From the human T2T-CHM13v2.0 reference genome, Homo sapiens, in assembly GCF_009914755.1 (NCBI RefSeq), contig NC_060932.1: DNA of 64,000 nt. One strand, written 5' to 3'. A model generated the notes under the pieces. It was given only the letters and a program-made list of their open reading frames with translations, did not search any database and had not been told where the DNA came from. Each line of letters opens with the position of its first letter. Positions within the stretch are counted from its first letter, which is position 1. The position numbers and the translations under genes are program-made. This document shows, piece after piece, positions 32,872-46,608 of the stretch.

Positions 32872-35800
32872 AGCTTATAAAATACTATAGCTTGCTCCCC
32901 TGAATGTCGAATGACATTATGTAGTCAATGAAAACATTCCCAAGACTGGGGGACACAAGCCTGCCTCTGAATCCTCTGTGCCAGGCACAGGGGGTCCTGC
33001 CATCGAGGGCCTGAAGCTGGGAACACAGGATGGCTGTTGCCATCTGGACCGCGTTCCGAGCCACCATGGAAGCTTTATCACAGGTATGCCCACACATTCT
33101 CCCCTCTCATTTTAGAGCACCCTGTGAGCTGGGTATTATTAATATCTTCTCCCTTTTACAAAAGAGGAAACAGGGCCTCAGAAAACTTCATTAACTTGCC
33201 CAAGAGCTAAGTGAGCAAAGCGCCTACTCAGGGCTCTGGTCCTATTCTATTCCAGAGCTGCCTGGCTTCCAGTAAGAGCTCAGAAAGGTGCAGAAGGCAG
33301 ACACTTCCTTTTTCATAAATTAGAAAACAACAAGTGGGTGTGAAAAATTTCTTCAGGTTAAAATTACACTACTGTCAGGCAAAAGCAAAAACTAGTATAG
33401 ATTTTACCTCAGGGGATAATAATATATCTAGAACAAAGGATGCAAGGAGATCTTTTGTGAATTAATCTGGGTATTGAGTCATCCTCAATACATGAAGATC
33501 AATACAATAAAATTTCAACTTATAATTCAGTCAAAAGGTGCCTGACTTATACAAGCAATCTATAGGAATGTGACATTAAATCTTTGCTTCTGCCACCTAA
33601 GATGCAAAATTTGTGAGGTGCAATATTTTTCTTCTCTTTAACTTCATCCACACCTGAAATCTCCTGGGATCTCAACATCTCTGAAACTGAAAAAAGGGCA
33701 GTCTGAAAACCTACTCCCCTTTTTAAAAACCCAAGTACATAAACGGCTCACAAAAGAGATCATACTGCTGCAAAAGAGTTTACATCTGATGAAGAAACAC
33801 TGAAAAACTGACTTCCACTTCCCACAAGGCACAAGGTGCCTGAGGCTTGACAGGGGCATTCTGAAGGTGACTGACTATCTAGCTTCTATTCTGCTAGGAG
33901 CTAGGGCACCAGGAAGCACTTACTTAGCTATAGTAACTCTTCAAACAACAGGAAGACCATTACCCATTCTAATCAAATGCCTTACCTTCACAGTGTATTT
34001 AGTTGCTTAAAGACTCAAACATTACAAATGTTTCTTTAAAACTATAATTGAAGACACTGACTATAATAGTGTTTCAACATGCTAACTTTACCTATATAAC
34101 TTGACACATGGTAACTTCAGCTGTGTAACTTAGTGATAGGAAAAAAGTGATTTTCTACTGACAAATATATTAATCAATGAAAACTACTAAGTCTCTTTTA
34201 TTTTCCTTTTTTGGCCTTGCCTGTCCACAAAGCCAAGTAGAAAACCCACTGTTAGCAGCATTTTTGTACTGTTTTCTCTAGTCTTCCTTTAGTGTGCAAA
34301 TTTTTCATAACTAAAATCATAATGTTCTTGGAATTCTATAGCCTACTTCTGTGGGTTTGTCATAACGATCATTAAAACTACAACTGAGTCATAATTACGT
34401 TTCTTAATCTTTACCTATCCTGTTGTGGAAAACAAGCTGGTATAATGTAAATCATTAACAAACTATTCTTTTCTAAATATATAAACACAATTTATCTTAG
34501 AAAATATAAACTTTATAGTTGTTTATAATACAGATTTATATTTGGTAAAGGGGAAAAATAAATCATCAATAATTTTACATAGCTCTGCTTTCTTTAATGC
34601 TAACTCACTATAGTTTAGTTATAAATTTAGCGATTCCTCTGGCTTTTATCATGATTTTGAACTCAAAGCAAACTTTGTTTTTATGAACTGAAAAAAAACA
34701 AATTTTGTTTTTCCTACATAACAGCTGAACCATATAAAAACCACAGTGCCCTCTCTCATCTGTATCTAATTTACAAAAACATTTAAATTCCAAGAGTAAG
34801 TACTATATAGTCCAACTCTTTCTACAGTATTTTTATGTCAGCCTAGGAAAAACAGTATTTAACATCACAATATGTACCATTTTTTAGTGCCTGCTAGTTA
34901 CTAAGCACTGCACTAGCTGCTTGACATACATTTTCTTATGTACTCTTCACAAGAATACCCATAAAGGTACAGATGAGCCCAATTTATAGATACGTAACTC
35001 GAGTTTAGCAATGATAACTGACATGTTGTAAGGTTAGGACAACTAGATTAGTGGGGAGTGTACTGGTACCAAGTCTAATTTCAAAATTCATAGTTTTAAC
35101 GACTAATAGTACTACCTCATGGTACATTATTCTACCTCTCACTGGGTGGAGACATATTATTGTACAGCTGGGAGAATAAAAAAGATTAAGAACATCACAG
35201 TGCAAATCCTCAATTTATTTTCTCAAACATATTTTCATAATCACTAGACACTTCACCTTCTAACAGCATCTGAATTCAAAGACTAATAGATTAGCAGTCT
35301 CCCTAAAGAGGTGATCCATGAAATTAAAAAGGAAAAAGAGATCAGTGATTCTAAAAGTCTATTCGAGTCTATTTATAGGAGTTGTAGTCCTAAGAAACAA
35401 AAATGTACATTTTAAAAGAAATTGCGTTAAAGAGTGTATTCTAAAAGCAATTTATGTAAAATTTGCAATAACAAAGTTATTTTTTCCTACAGGAATTCCA
35501 CTAATCAAATCTTTTCCTTTTTAACAAGCTGTAAAATCTAAATGCCACTAAACAAAGTGTGCGTTTCTTTATCTCTGGCTATGCTCAAGAGTTGTCCTCT
35601 TCCCCTGCTACTACCAGCCCTGTCACAGATCGGCAGCATCTTCTGTGCTTCATGGCTTTTCCAACGTGTGGTTATGATGGGCAGGCAACGCACTGAGCCA
35701 CTCAAAGCATTGGAGTTGGCAGCAAACACTCCTTTACCTTTTAAATGCTGGTTCCTGATCAGCAAGTGGTTATAATCAAAAGCAGCCTGCACAACACAGG

Positions 35801-37799
35801 GCATGACCCTAGCCAACTGCACTACATACAGATCCAGTTATGCAACGTGCAGTGTGGGAGAAATGCCTGTGCAGTTATGAGGACTTCTAATAAGAACGTT
35901 TATTTTCTATTTATTACAAAGATAGCACGTAAGCAAAGTCCACATTTAAGACTTATTGCAGACCTCTTTTTCTTGAATTATATTTAGAAAGACTGAGAGC
36001 GTATGACAGTGGAGATGGTGTCCCATTTATATCACCTTCCACTTTTCAGATCAGTTCCTGGTATAAACTAAGAAATCGATGATTGTTGAATAAACGGTAG
36101 TTGAAGAGTCCTACAGGAGAGTTAGACCTGGAAAAGGATGCATCTTTCTCCTAAAGGAAAATGTGCTGCAACAGCAGTAGAGACAAAGTCTTCAGCAGTT
36201 AAACCTACCAACTACTCCATAATCTAACTGCGGAATTGCTCAAACAAAATTTAAAGTTATTTTTCATTAGAATCTGCGTATAACATAAGAAAGCTCAACT
36301 AAATCCACAGTGAAGAAACAATATTTTAGAAGACTAGTTCAATGTTTTAATGATATGTAGTAGAAAGTGAATTAAATCAGCTTTATAATTATACTTGAAG
36401 AATCTCCTAGCCTACAAAATTATTCTTTAGAGAATCCATTTTCCCACAAGATATGCAAAAACTAAAACAAACCACAACACGTGGGCCAGATGTTTCTTCA
36501 ATATGAATTATAATCACCTGAAATGAGTCTCAGAGCTACTTAAAAGAATAAAGCAGATTATACAACTTTGGCACACTACATAGAAGGTGACAGAGGTTTT
36601 TAATTTGTGTGTGTGATTTTGTTTGGTAACTAAGAATGTCAAGGATAAACCTGGGAAGTTGTTGGCCTCCTCCCTCTGATTTCTCCTCCACATCCAACTG
36701 GTATACAAGTCTCACAGATCCTCTCTCCTCCATATACTGAATCTCTCCCACCCTCCTCACCCCTGATCCCACCTCTCACCATGGCTGGATTGGATCTGCA
36801 GCCTCCTTACTGGTCTTTTCCCTCTAGTCTTTTACAATCCAAAATCCAGTACCCTCCCCACAACCACTGTCTCTAAAATGGCCTTGCTAAAATGACACTG
36901 TTATTTTACCCCTCGGTGGTTTTCCACAGCCTTCAGGAAAGAATTCAGAACATCAAGGCAAAGATGGTTTATCGTGATGTGGCCACTATGCATGTCTCCA
37001 ACTTTATTTTGGCTTCATAACAGACTCCAGCTGTCTGGTAATTCCCCTGCTGGGTGAGGATCTCCCTACCTGGATGTGTTTGCATGCACAGCTCTCCCCC
37101 ACACTTCCTCCTTCTGTTCACAGTCCCCATCTCCTCTCTGCCCAGAACCCTCCTAGGCCTAAGCCTGCTCTCCACGTGGTCACGTGGCCGTTGAGTCCTT
37201 CCCATGGGGTCACAACGCAGTATGTGCTTGCTGCCTCACCGTGGGATGAACCATCTAGCTCTAGCTTTACTCAAAACAGTAAACAGAAAAGTTAGACTTG
37301 TTTAAATTTGTAAATCCAATATAAACTTTACAAGTAGGTGATGAATGGACCTACTATCACCAACCCCCTCTGTCAAAAACCAGTTTTTAAATTAAATTAA
37401 ATTTCATTTAAATGCAATCTACAATTTACTATTTTCTAAGTAAGCTAACAAAAGTAGTATAACTACTTCAGTTGTTTCATTTTCTTAAACATTTCAAACA
37501 TTAAAACAAAAATCCTGGGCAATGCCTATGCCATCCGAATTATCAAATATTAACTTTCAAAAACCTACAAACAAGGGATTACAAGACTTTTCTCAAACTC
37601 TGAAAGGAAGAAGGGCATTAAAAGGTCCGGAAACCCAAGCACAACCACAGCATTCTGAATTATCTGCCAGTGGGGTAGGTCATATGGCCCCCCAAAACCT
37701 AAGAATTAAAATCAAAGCAATTATTTATAATGTAGTACAGATGAGTATAGATTTATAACTCCTGGGGAAGAGATTGCTAATGTTCCCTAATATCCTTTT

Positions 37800-38200
37800 T
37801 CTCTCCTTCTTCCTCAATAACAGAACCCTTTCATCTTAGTATGCCACATAGCCTATCAGAGGAAAGATTTCATTTCCCAGTTCCTTTGCAGCTACATATG
37901 GCCAGAAGACTGAGTAAGGGCCATACGATATAAGATGGAAGTGTTGAGAGGCAACTTCCAGGAGCCTCCCCACGGCCTGGAACACCCCTCCCTCCTCCCC
38001 CCTCCCCCTCCTCCCCGCCCCACCCCGACAGCCAAGAGGACGAGGCCACGCCCCAGGGACGGCAGTGCGCTGAGCTGAAGAAGCCTGGATCTCTGCGCAT
38101 GTCTAGTTCTGGTCTGCCCAGCCCACCCCTGGATGTAAGATAAAAACAAATCTCTCTCTCATTTAAGTCATGGTATTTGGGGTTTCTGTTACATCATTAG
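37800..38200 (+). mobile_element. Old MLT1-like MaLR LTR
   Basis: TTTCCCAGTTCCTTTGCAGCTA...GAAGCCTGGATCTCTG...CTCATTTAAGTCATGGTATTTGGGGTTTCTGTTACA. Confidence 0.55.
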
Positions 38201-38460
38201 ATGAACCTATCCTTCCGATTACTGTTCTCTTGAACAAAAATAACTATCCTTGAGACATAACCTTGTCTGCAAGAAAAAAAAAAAAATAACAGCACCTATA
38301 CTAGATATACTTGCATTAAAGCCAGTGTATATGTGACTAGATCAGTCAACCTGGATTTAAAATATATTTAGGTAACAGCTTACCTACAAACTTAAATAAA
38401 TCTAGACATATGACAATAGAACTAATATTTTTTCCCAAATATTGGAATTCTGAAACTTTC

Positions 38461-38883
38461 TGCTATGGTTTGAGTATCTGTCCCCTTCAAACCTCATGTT
38501 GAAATTTAATCCCCAATGTGGGAGTATTGAGAGGAGGGGCCTTAAAGAGGTGACTGGGTCATGAGAGCTCTGCCCTCATGATCGGATTAATCCATTCATG
38601 AATTAATAGATTAACGAGTTATCATGAGAGTGGGACTGTGGCTTTATTAGAAGAGGAAGAGAGACCTGAGCTAGCATGAGCGGGCACTCAGCCCCCTGGC
38701 CATGTGACGCCTGTGCCACCGTGGGACTCTACAGAGTCCTCACCAACAAGAAGGCCCTCAACAGATGCAGCCCCTCAACCTTGACTTCTCAAACTCCATA
38801 ACTGTAAGAAATAAATTCCATTTCTTTAGACATTACCCAGTTTCAGGTATTCTATTACAAGCATCAGAAAATAAACAAAGACA
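38461..38883 (+). mobile_element. MaLR solo LTR (MST-like)
   Basis: TGCTATGGTTTGAG...TTACCCAGTTTCAGGTATTCT...ACAAAGACA; TSD-like CTTTC/CTTTG. Confidence 0.9.
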
Positions 38884-40549
38884 CTTTGCTCAGTGGTTTG
38901 TCTGTGGTTTGTCTAAGCACGCAGCAGTCTTGACTCAATTTCCACCTGACAGCTAATCTGTCATCTAGGATGCCCCATCTAATTCCCTTACACAAAGATG
39001 AGTGGAAAGGCAGATTGTGATATCAGGCCAGAACCAACAAAATAAAGTTTAACAACATATGACAGAGAAAATCTTGAGTGCCCAAAAAGACAGTCAGCAA
39101 GGTTAAAATACATTAGGACCACATAATACTATCATCTACCCCAACTGGGAGATTAGCACAATTTAAACAAAGAGAAGGAAGAAAGGAGAGGGAGACAGAC
39201 AAAAACAGCTGGGAGAAAAATGCCAGAGTATGATGACTTGCTTGTATGTTCTCCTTTATAAAGAGCTCTAAGTTTCAAACTGCATGTTAATGATGTTCCT
39301 AAAAGCATAATATATGAACAATTTGGTCTGAAGGGCGCTGACCGTTGACAAGAAATCATTTAGTGGGAAAAAACTAGGCAAAATTTTTAATTAGCAAAAT
39401 GTAAAATAAATCAAAACTCTGTTTTAAACATTTTAGACCACAACTTATACTCAAAACCATCCAAAGATTATTCCATTAAAAACATTAATACAAGCCACAT
39501 AATACAAGTTGCCTATTCTTTGAAAAAGTTGTTACTCTTTCTAGTGCTATGCCACAAATAAGAACACTTTCAACAACAGTAAACTGCTGTATAGACATCC
39601 CTTAACATCTACTTTTATATTTAATAATCAACCTTGATTATATACCCATACTTTATATTTGCTCTCATTTAACATGACATAATGGCAAAATAATTTCTAA
39701 CAATTTTTTCCAAATTGGAAGCTTTTTTCCCTTAAAGCTTCAAATTAAAAATTTATTTCAGGAAACTAACTGGTCCTTAGCTGCCACATTATGAAAAGAC
39801 TATTCTTATACAGTAACAATTTTTTTAAGTATATAATATTTTAAATCTAAGGTACTTAAAATTTTTGATTTTGACAGAGATTTCAACAAGGTTTCAACAA
39901 GATTAAAGTAAATCATGACTATCAAGTTCTGAATAGATACTATTCTACCCTGCTACCCAGAGGAACTTCAGAACATTATTTGAAGAACAGAGATTCAAAC
40001 AACAAATGCATTCTATCACCGCCAAGTTAGTTCTGTATATTTGAAACCCTAAGGCATAAAAAAGAGAAGTATCTCTAAACAGGAGAACATCTACCCATCT
40101 ACTGTAGAGATGTGTAAAGATTCAAAAGATAACATCCCTTGTTAGTGCCTCAATAATGCTAATTCTCTTCCCTCCATCATCTGAAATAGGACTGTCTCCC
40201 TCCGCTCCCTCCTGCTATCTGTGGCACACAAGATCATGGAGAAAGACCAGGGAATACTCTGACCATGTTTAAAGAATGGCTCTGCTTCGTCCCCACTATC
40301 TAGCCCCACTTCCACTCCCAAATCACAAGTTTGGACCATAACAAGTCAAATCTTTAGTTATGAGGAAAACACTTATTCGGCATGAATTGGACACCTCACC
40401 CCACCTCTGAATTAGCAATTCCTTTCAATAAACATGTATTTGCTAAGTTAGTTGATCTGAGCTAGTCTGGACAGATGTTTTAGTCTCACTAGTAGAAGGA
40501 GTATCGGCAGGAAAGTTTTCCACGCTTTTAATGGTAGACAGTCCCACCT

Positions 40550-42430
40550 GGTTACTTTCCCTAAGTAACCATCCCATCCTGGCTCTTCAGGGCCTTGCCT
40601 CCATCAATTACCTGGCCCAGGTGGCCAATGGCCTTCTCGCTGCTGCACCCACTGCATACTTTTCAGTCCTTCCTTCCTCATCCTCTCGGCTTATTTTACA
40701 CTGCTCACCACTACTCCATCCTTCCTGAAATATACTTGTTTTCCTTTCCTTCCCTAACAGCACATGTTCCTGGTTTTCACCTAATTTTCCAGCCAGTTCT
40801 CCCTAGAGTTAAGCAGTTAAGGTCTTAACTGCTACCACCCCACCCTCCCTGGGTAAAATCTACTCCTCTTCTGTCAGCCCATTCCATGTTTTGTCAGAGT
40901 CCATGGCAGCAGGTGGTTCTCAGCCTTTCTTGGATCACACAGCTCTTTGAGACTCCTGTGGAAAGCATGCGCTCTTCTCCTACTGCATACAATTGCAGGG
41001 AGTTAATCCAAAACCTCCCCAGTGAAGAGCTCCTGTTCTACACACATTTTTTCAGGTAATCTCATCCCCTTCCACGACTTCCACTCTCACTCCACTGATT
41101 ACTTTAAATATGTCGCTCTAGCTTACATCTTACTCCTGAACTCCAAACCTATATTTCCAGCTTTTGAATTTCTCCTTGGCTAGAACGCAGAAACATAAAA
41201 TTCAATGTGTCTAAAAAATGAACTCCTCAGTGCCACCCCAATCCTGTTCCTCCATCTACATTCCTGTGTGAGTCAATGGAACACATCCAGCTGCAGTTCG
41301 GAAGCCAGACTGCCAATCTTGATGTGACTCATTCGCCACCAGCTCCATGCAATCATTAAGTCCTGTCACTTCCATATTTTTAATAACTAAAAAAACTGGT
41401 CTTCTTTCCTCTGTCCTTGCTATCACCATTATTACCTAGGGAACAACTGCCTCATCTCTAGAGTGATCTAAGAGTTCCCACCTGGTTTCCTTGCCTTTGA
41501 ACTTGCCACGCAGCAGGCAGGGTGACGTCAAACACAAGCCTTCTCACGGTAGCCGCCTGTTCAGTCCTCTAATTGCTTCCATTATTCCGGGAAAATGTCC
41601 TCACTCCTTAATGTGACAAGGAAGGTTCCCCTACCTCAGCAGCCACATCTCTCCCAACTCACCCCTTCAGCCTCCATCCTCAGCCTTACAGGGGCCAAGA
41701 GCCACTCGGCATGGGTGGCTACTGAGCCCCAGGAAGGGGGCACATGCAGACTCAGCTGTGCTGAGTGTGAAACACTTGCCAGATTTTTCAGACTCAGTGT
41801 GAAAAAAATGGAAAATATCTCATTAGAAAATTTTACACTGATTACTCGTTGAAATAATGTAGAAATATTGGGTGAAATAAAATATTATTAAAATTAACTC
41901 CACTTTTTTTAACTTTTCAAAATATGGCTACTTGAAATTTTTACATTTCTCCTGTGTTGCTCGCATTACAATTTCACTGGGCTGTGCTCCTCTAGGCAAC
42001 AGAATTCCATGCAGATCCCCTGCTTTGTCCCTTCTGGCAACGCCATCCACTCGACGGCATTTGTTAGGTGCTACCTTGAGGTGGGCAACAAATGTGAGCT
42101 AACAGAAGGCCAGCAAAGCACAAAGCCCTGCCTTCCTCCTCCTCATCACATGGGTCAGCTCCTGCTTAAGGCCTCAGCACAGGCCGCCTGCCTCCAGGAA
42201 GACAGTCCTGATTTCACCACAACCAAGATAAACACTTCACTCATCTTTCCCCAACGGATGCAGAGCTCGGTCCTATCTAAGCATGCAACACACTGTGCTG
42301 TCATTTTCTGTACTTGTTGGTCCTCCCACTAACAGATTCTAGCTCCATGAGGGCAGAAACGTACATCACCATAGCCTAGAACAGGACTGGACACAAAACA
42401 AATGCTCAATAAACCTTTAATGAACAAATT
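40550..42430 (+). mobile_element. Degraded L2 LINE, interrupted by DNA-transposon relics
   Basis: Pyrimidine-rich L2-like motifs (CTCCTGAACTCCAAACCTATATTTCCA; CTAGCTCCATGAGGGCAG) ending AATGCTCAATAAA...AATGAA. Confidence 0.5.
41700..41990. mobile_element. MER33/MER3-like hAT element
   Basis: AAAATATCTCATTA...TGATTACTCGTTGAAATAAT...ATATTGGGTGAAATAAAATATTATTAAAATTAA. Confidence 0.6.
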
Positions 42431-42730
42431 AATAATTAATACAATTAGTCTTGTTGTTCCAGTTCCGCTCTTGGCTGATGACCGACAGCTGGAGATTCGA
42501 GGGCAGAGGCTGAAAACCTTTGGGCCAGAGCAGCTGCCCTCCTCAAACCTCCCCACAACAAACATAAGAGACTAGCACCACATGTTTTTTTTGGCCAGCC
42601 CAGTTTTTGTTGTTTTTTTTTAAGTTATACTTTTTGTCTTTAAAATTAGGATGACCAGACCAGAAAAAAGTGAAGTTGATATTTTGGAAGAGAGGAAGAA
42701 GAAAATATGAAACAGGTTCACTGTGCACTG

Positions 42731-43180
42731 GTTACCAACTTGGCTGAATTTGGAGAAACAGAACACCCACACCCAAGAGGCTATATGAAGCAGATTTATT
42801 ACTTACAGATAGGAAGCAAGGGACAACAGAGGCCTGGGATCCATGGCAAGCCAGTCCCCCAACGTGCAAGAAAGCAGCCCAGGGCAGATGAAGTCTCATC
42901 TGTGCATGCCTCACTTCCAAGGCAGCTGAAGGACCCCAGGAAGTAGCCCACCCTGAGTTTTACACCCTGGGGGCCACATGATGTGCTGGGCTAATGTGCT
43001 GAAGCTCACCCTGCTGTGGGGAGGAAGGGAGTGTGGAATGGAGCCCAGGCTATTCCAGGCTGTCCTTCCCTATCTGGGGATATTACATTCCCGGCATATC
43101 CACAGTTATTCTTGTAAACTACAAGTGAGAAAGGAGACAGAATTGGGTCTGTCCAAGGCTACCAGGAGAACTGCCCCGCA
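42731..43180 (-). mobile_element. ERVL-class solo LTR (LTR47-like)
   Basis: Minus strand starts TGCGGGGCAGTTCTCCTGGTAGCCTTGGACAGACCC..., has AATAAA (plus TTTATT ~42795) and ends near ...GGTAAC. Confidence 0.55.
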
Positions 43181-44699
43181 GACAGGGCAGAAAGTCCAGC
43201 CGCAGCTCTGTGGAAGTCCTTCAAAGTCCTCTGAGGAATGGGCCTCAGGTACTGTACTAGCCCAGGTCATCCTCCCACTCTGGCTTCACTCAGCAGGTAA
43301 AGGAGAGACAACTGGCCAATGAACAGGCCAGGCAGGAAGCAAGGGAGCTTCCTGCACCCAGGAATTTGGAAGGGCATACCCAAACCATGTCAGCTGATGC
43401 GGAAAGCTGAGCTAGAACATCATGATGACACAGCTCAGCCTATGCCTCTAGAGCAATCATGACAGGGTCTTGGGCAGGAAAAGCAGTCTACAGAGAAGAA
43501 GTGAACAGCCTGGCTATGAATGTAGAAACCACGCAAGAATGGGAGGTGGAAAACACTACTGCCTGGCTCACTTCCCACCAGCTTTCTGGTCTCCAGTTTC
43601 AGTGGACTGTGTGACTTCACTTAACTTAGATTCTGTGAGCCACCTGATATCCTTGTCACATGTCTCCTTATATTTAAGCTAACTTCGGTAGGTATTTGTT
43701 TCTTGTAAACAAACTATTCTTGGAGAAGAACAAGAAAAACATGTCTAGACTTCGTTCAACTAAGATATTCTCACTAGCAGTATCAATTACATTCCTGTTT
43801 TGTTCTGATGGATCTTCTAGTGGCTAACTTGTTTCTATAATAGATCATTTACATTATTTCTTAAGGTATAGCTTCTTGAATTTATTAAAATATTGCAAAG
43901 TTTTTTTAGATTATCATTTAAGAATCAATTTTACCAAAACCATGAGTCTGAGTACGCACTATATATTGCATCAATGGACCTCAGTTACGTAAGAGAACAT
44001 CCTACCTCTGAGGAGATCTGTGCCCACGTATTCAGGGCTGCAGGGTCATAATGTCTGCCACTTATTCTCAAGCAGCTCAGAAAGAGAGAGAAAGAGAACA
44101 CATACAAATGCAGCATAATGTCAAAGCTGGTGACTACAGATGAAAGCAGCTTTTCAGTAGTTAAAATTCTTTCCAATTAAAAAACTCAAAAACAAAGACT
44201 CATGAGAACATTTTTTCTTTCCACTCTTCCCTTTTCCACCTCAACCAGGAGGACAAAAGCACCATACTGTGGGAAGGGGAGCAGTAGGATGAAGGGCTCT
44301 GGCTCTTTCATGATTTTGTTAGGCTCTGGACTCACCGACATCCACAGTCCACATGACATGAGAAAGATAAACCCCTTACTTATTAAAATAAAAATCCAAA
44401 AAGAAGTAAAATTAACATTCAGGTGACTGTAATCTTCTTAAGCCTCCACGCGACTTCAAAGGATGCCTTCTGGTGTTAGTTCCGCTACTGCTAGAATCCC
44501 AGTTCCACTTCTGACAACACTGCTGTGACTCCCGACACGCAGCAGGCTCACAGGGTGCCTTTGCCTGAAGTCCTCCTGGTACCCCAGCCACATCTCCACC
44601 AACTCACTCCTTAACCCTTAACACCTCTAGCACTGCCTGATCCCGCCTGTTCCCAAGCTCCTGTGACACCTACATACACTTCTGTCACAGCTCTCACGA

Positions 44700-45157
44700 T
44701 AAGGAAGGAGACCACCTCTCTTATTGTCTCATACCTCAGAAAAAGAAAGAGGAAGTAAAAGCTAAAGAAAGGCAAAAATGAGATCAATAGTCAGACAGCC
44801 CAGCGCCACACCCCAGGCCTGGTCTGGTAGTTAAAAATCAACCCCTGACCTAACCACTGTATTATCTACAGATTCCAGGCATTGTATAAGGAAGCATTGT
44901 GAAGCTTTCTGTTCTGTTCTGTTCTGTCTTGATTGCTGATACATGCAGCCCCAGCCACGTACCCCATGCTTGCTCAATTGATCATGACCCTTTCACATGG
45001 ACCCCCTTAGAGCTGTAAGCCCTTAAAAGGGCAGGCATTTCTCTCTCGGGGAGCTCGGTTTTGGGACGCAAGTCTGCTGAAGCTCCTGGCCAAATAAAGC
45101 CACTTCCTTCTTTAACCTGGTGTCAGAGGGGTTTTGTCTGCAGCTCGTCCTGCTACA
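44700..45157 (+). repeat. 5' LTR
   Basis: TAAGGAAGGAGACCACC...AATAAA...CTCGTCCTGCTACA; direct repeat of 50190-50642. Confidence 0.95.
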
Positions 45158-45162
45158 TTTCT

Positions 45163-45180
45163 TGGTTCCCTGACCGGGAA
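45163..45180 (+). promoter_or_regulatory. Primer-binding site, tRNA-Glu
   Basis: TGGTTCCCTGACCGGGAA is complementary to the tRNA-Glu 3' end ...TTCCCGGTCAGGGAACCA. Confidence 0.9.
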
Positions 45181-45679
45181 GCGAGGTAATTAACAGATGG
45201 TAGAGGTAGCCCCTTAGGTGGCTTAGGCCTGCCCTCTGGAGCATCCCTGGGGGGGACTCCAGCCAGCTTGAGCGACGCAGATCCTGAGAGCGCTCCGGGG
45301 TAGGCATTTGTCCTGGTGGAACACCTCATCAGAGCGGTGCATGGCAGTCCCCCACGGAGGATCAATGCAGTGGCTGAACACTGCGAAGGAACTGACGCTT
45401 GGAGTTGGACATCTGGAATATGGTAAGACTGGTCTTAGGAACTTGCCCACTCCATCTGAGTGGAAGCGTGGCCTGATCACCCACAGTGTGCCTTTATTGG
45501 CACTTTGGTTTTGGTTTTGATTTTGACTTGGCTTGAATTGCTTGATGAACAGGCGTGCCTTTATCGACACTTGCTTTGGTTTTAATTTTGATTTAGTGTG
45601 AATTAGACAAGTGAGTGACCTTTTACCCTTTCCTTCTTGTAGTGTGAGTGTTGTTTTGTCTCAAAAAATAAAAATAAAA

Positions 45680-46608
45680 AATAAGTTAGACAGAAAGTAA
45701 GCCCACCCTGCTAGGAACTATGTTAAAAAATATACATATACAAAAAAATAAGAAAAAAGTCATCAAAACATCCAAAATTTACTCTATTAAAGTGCACGTT
45801 ACAGAACCTTAAAAAAGGTTGTGCAGGGGATTACAGAGTTAAGCTAACCCCTCACAGGTGAGAACTCTCTGTGAATGTAAATTAGAATTGCCCTCTTTTG
45901 GTGTTGGATGGCCAACAGAAATAACTACAGACAGGGAACAATTGGCCATGTATTTCAGGTGGTGACAGGGGTCAGAGCCAGTGTACCCAGACCAAATTCC
46001 TTTAGAGTGACTCATAGTTAAACATAATATAGACAAAACCAGCATAGATCCAGCCCTGTTTAACAGCTTATTGCAAAAAAAAAAAAAGAAAAAAAAAAGT
46101 AACAGTAAGAGCAGCTTCGCCAGCAGACAGAATTAAAAGAAGAAATCCCAGAAACAACAAGAGAAACCAGTTTTGCAGGAGCCGCCAGAGGTAACAGAAA
46201 TTCTCCCTCCATATGTCCCAGCCTACCCCCGCTTTACAGAGGCCAGCAGCCCCCCAGGAACCAGGTTCAGGAGCTAACATGCTCCAGGTCTCACCTCAAA
46301 GGGGAGGATCAGAGCCGCGAGAGGCCAGGGAAGGAAGTCAAGATAGTCAAGCAGGCAGTCTCAAATCTGGCCGTGCTCGAGCTATGCAAATGCCCCTGAC
46401 GGAGCAGTGATATACTGGGGTAGACAAGGACGGGCATATGGTAGAAAGGTGTGCCTTTGTGTATCAACCCTTCACCTCTGCTGATCTCCTCAACTGAAAG
46501 AATACCCCAGCTTATACTAAAAAGCCTCAAGCCTTAATTAATTTGCTCTAAACTATTATCCAGACTCATAACCCTACTTAGGCTGACTGCCGCCAGCTGC
46601 TCATGTAC
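45680..46608 (+). pseudogene. ERV gag remnant (MA to start of CA)
   Basis: PSFGVGWP, HPDQ-like, PPY late-domain-like and YQPFTSADLLN*KN...THNPT*ADCRQLLM motifs. Confidence 0.8.
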
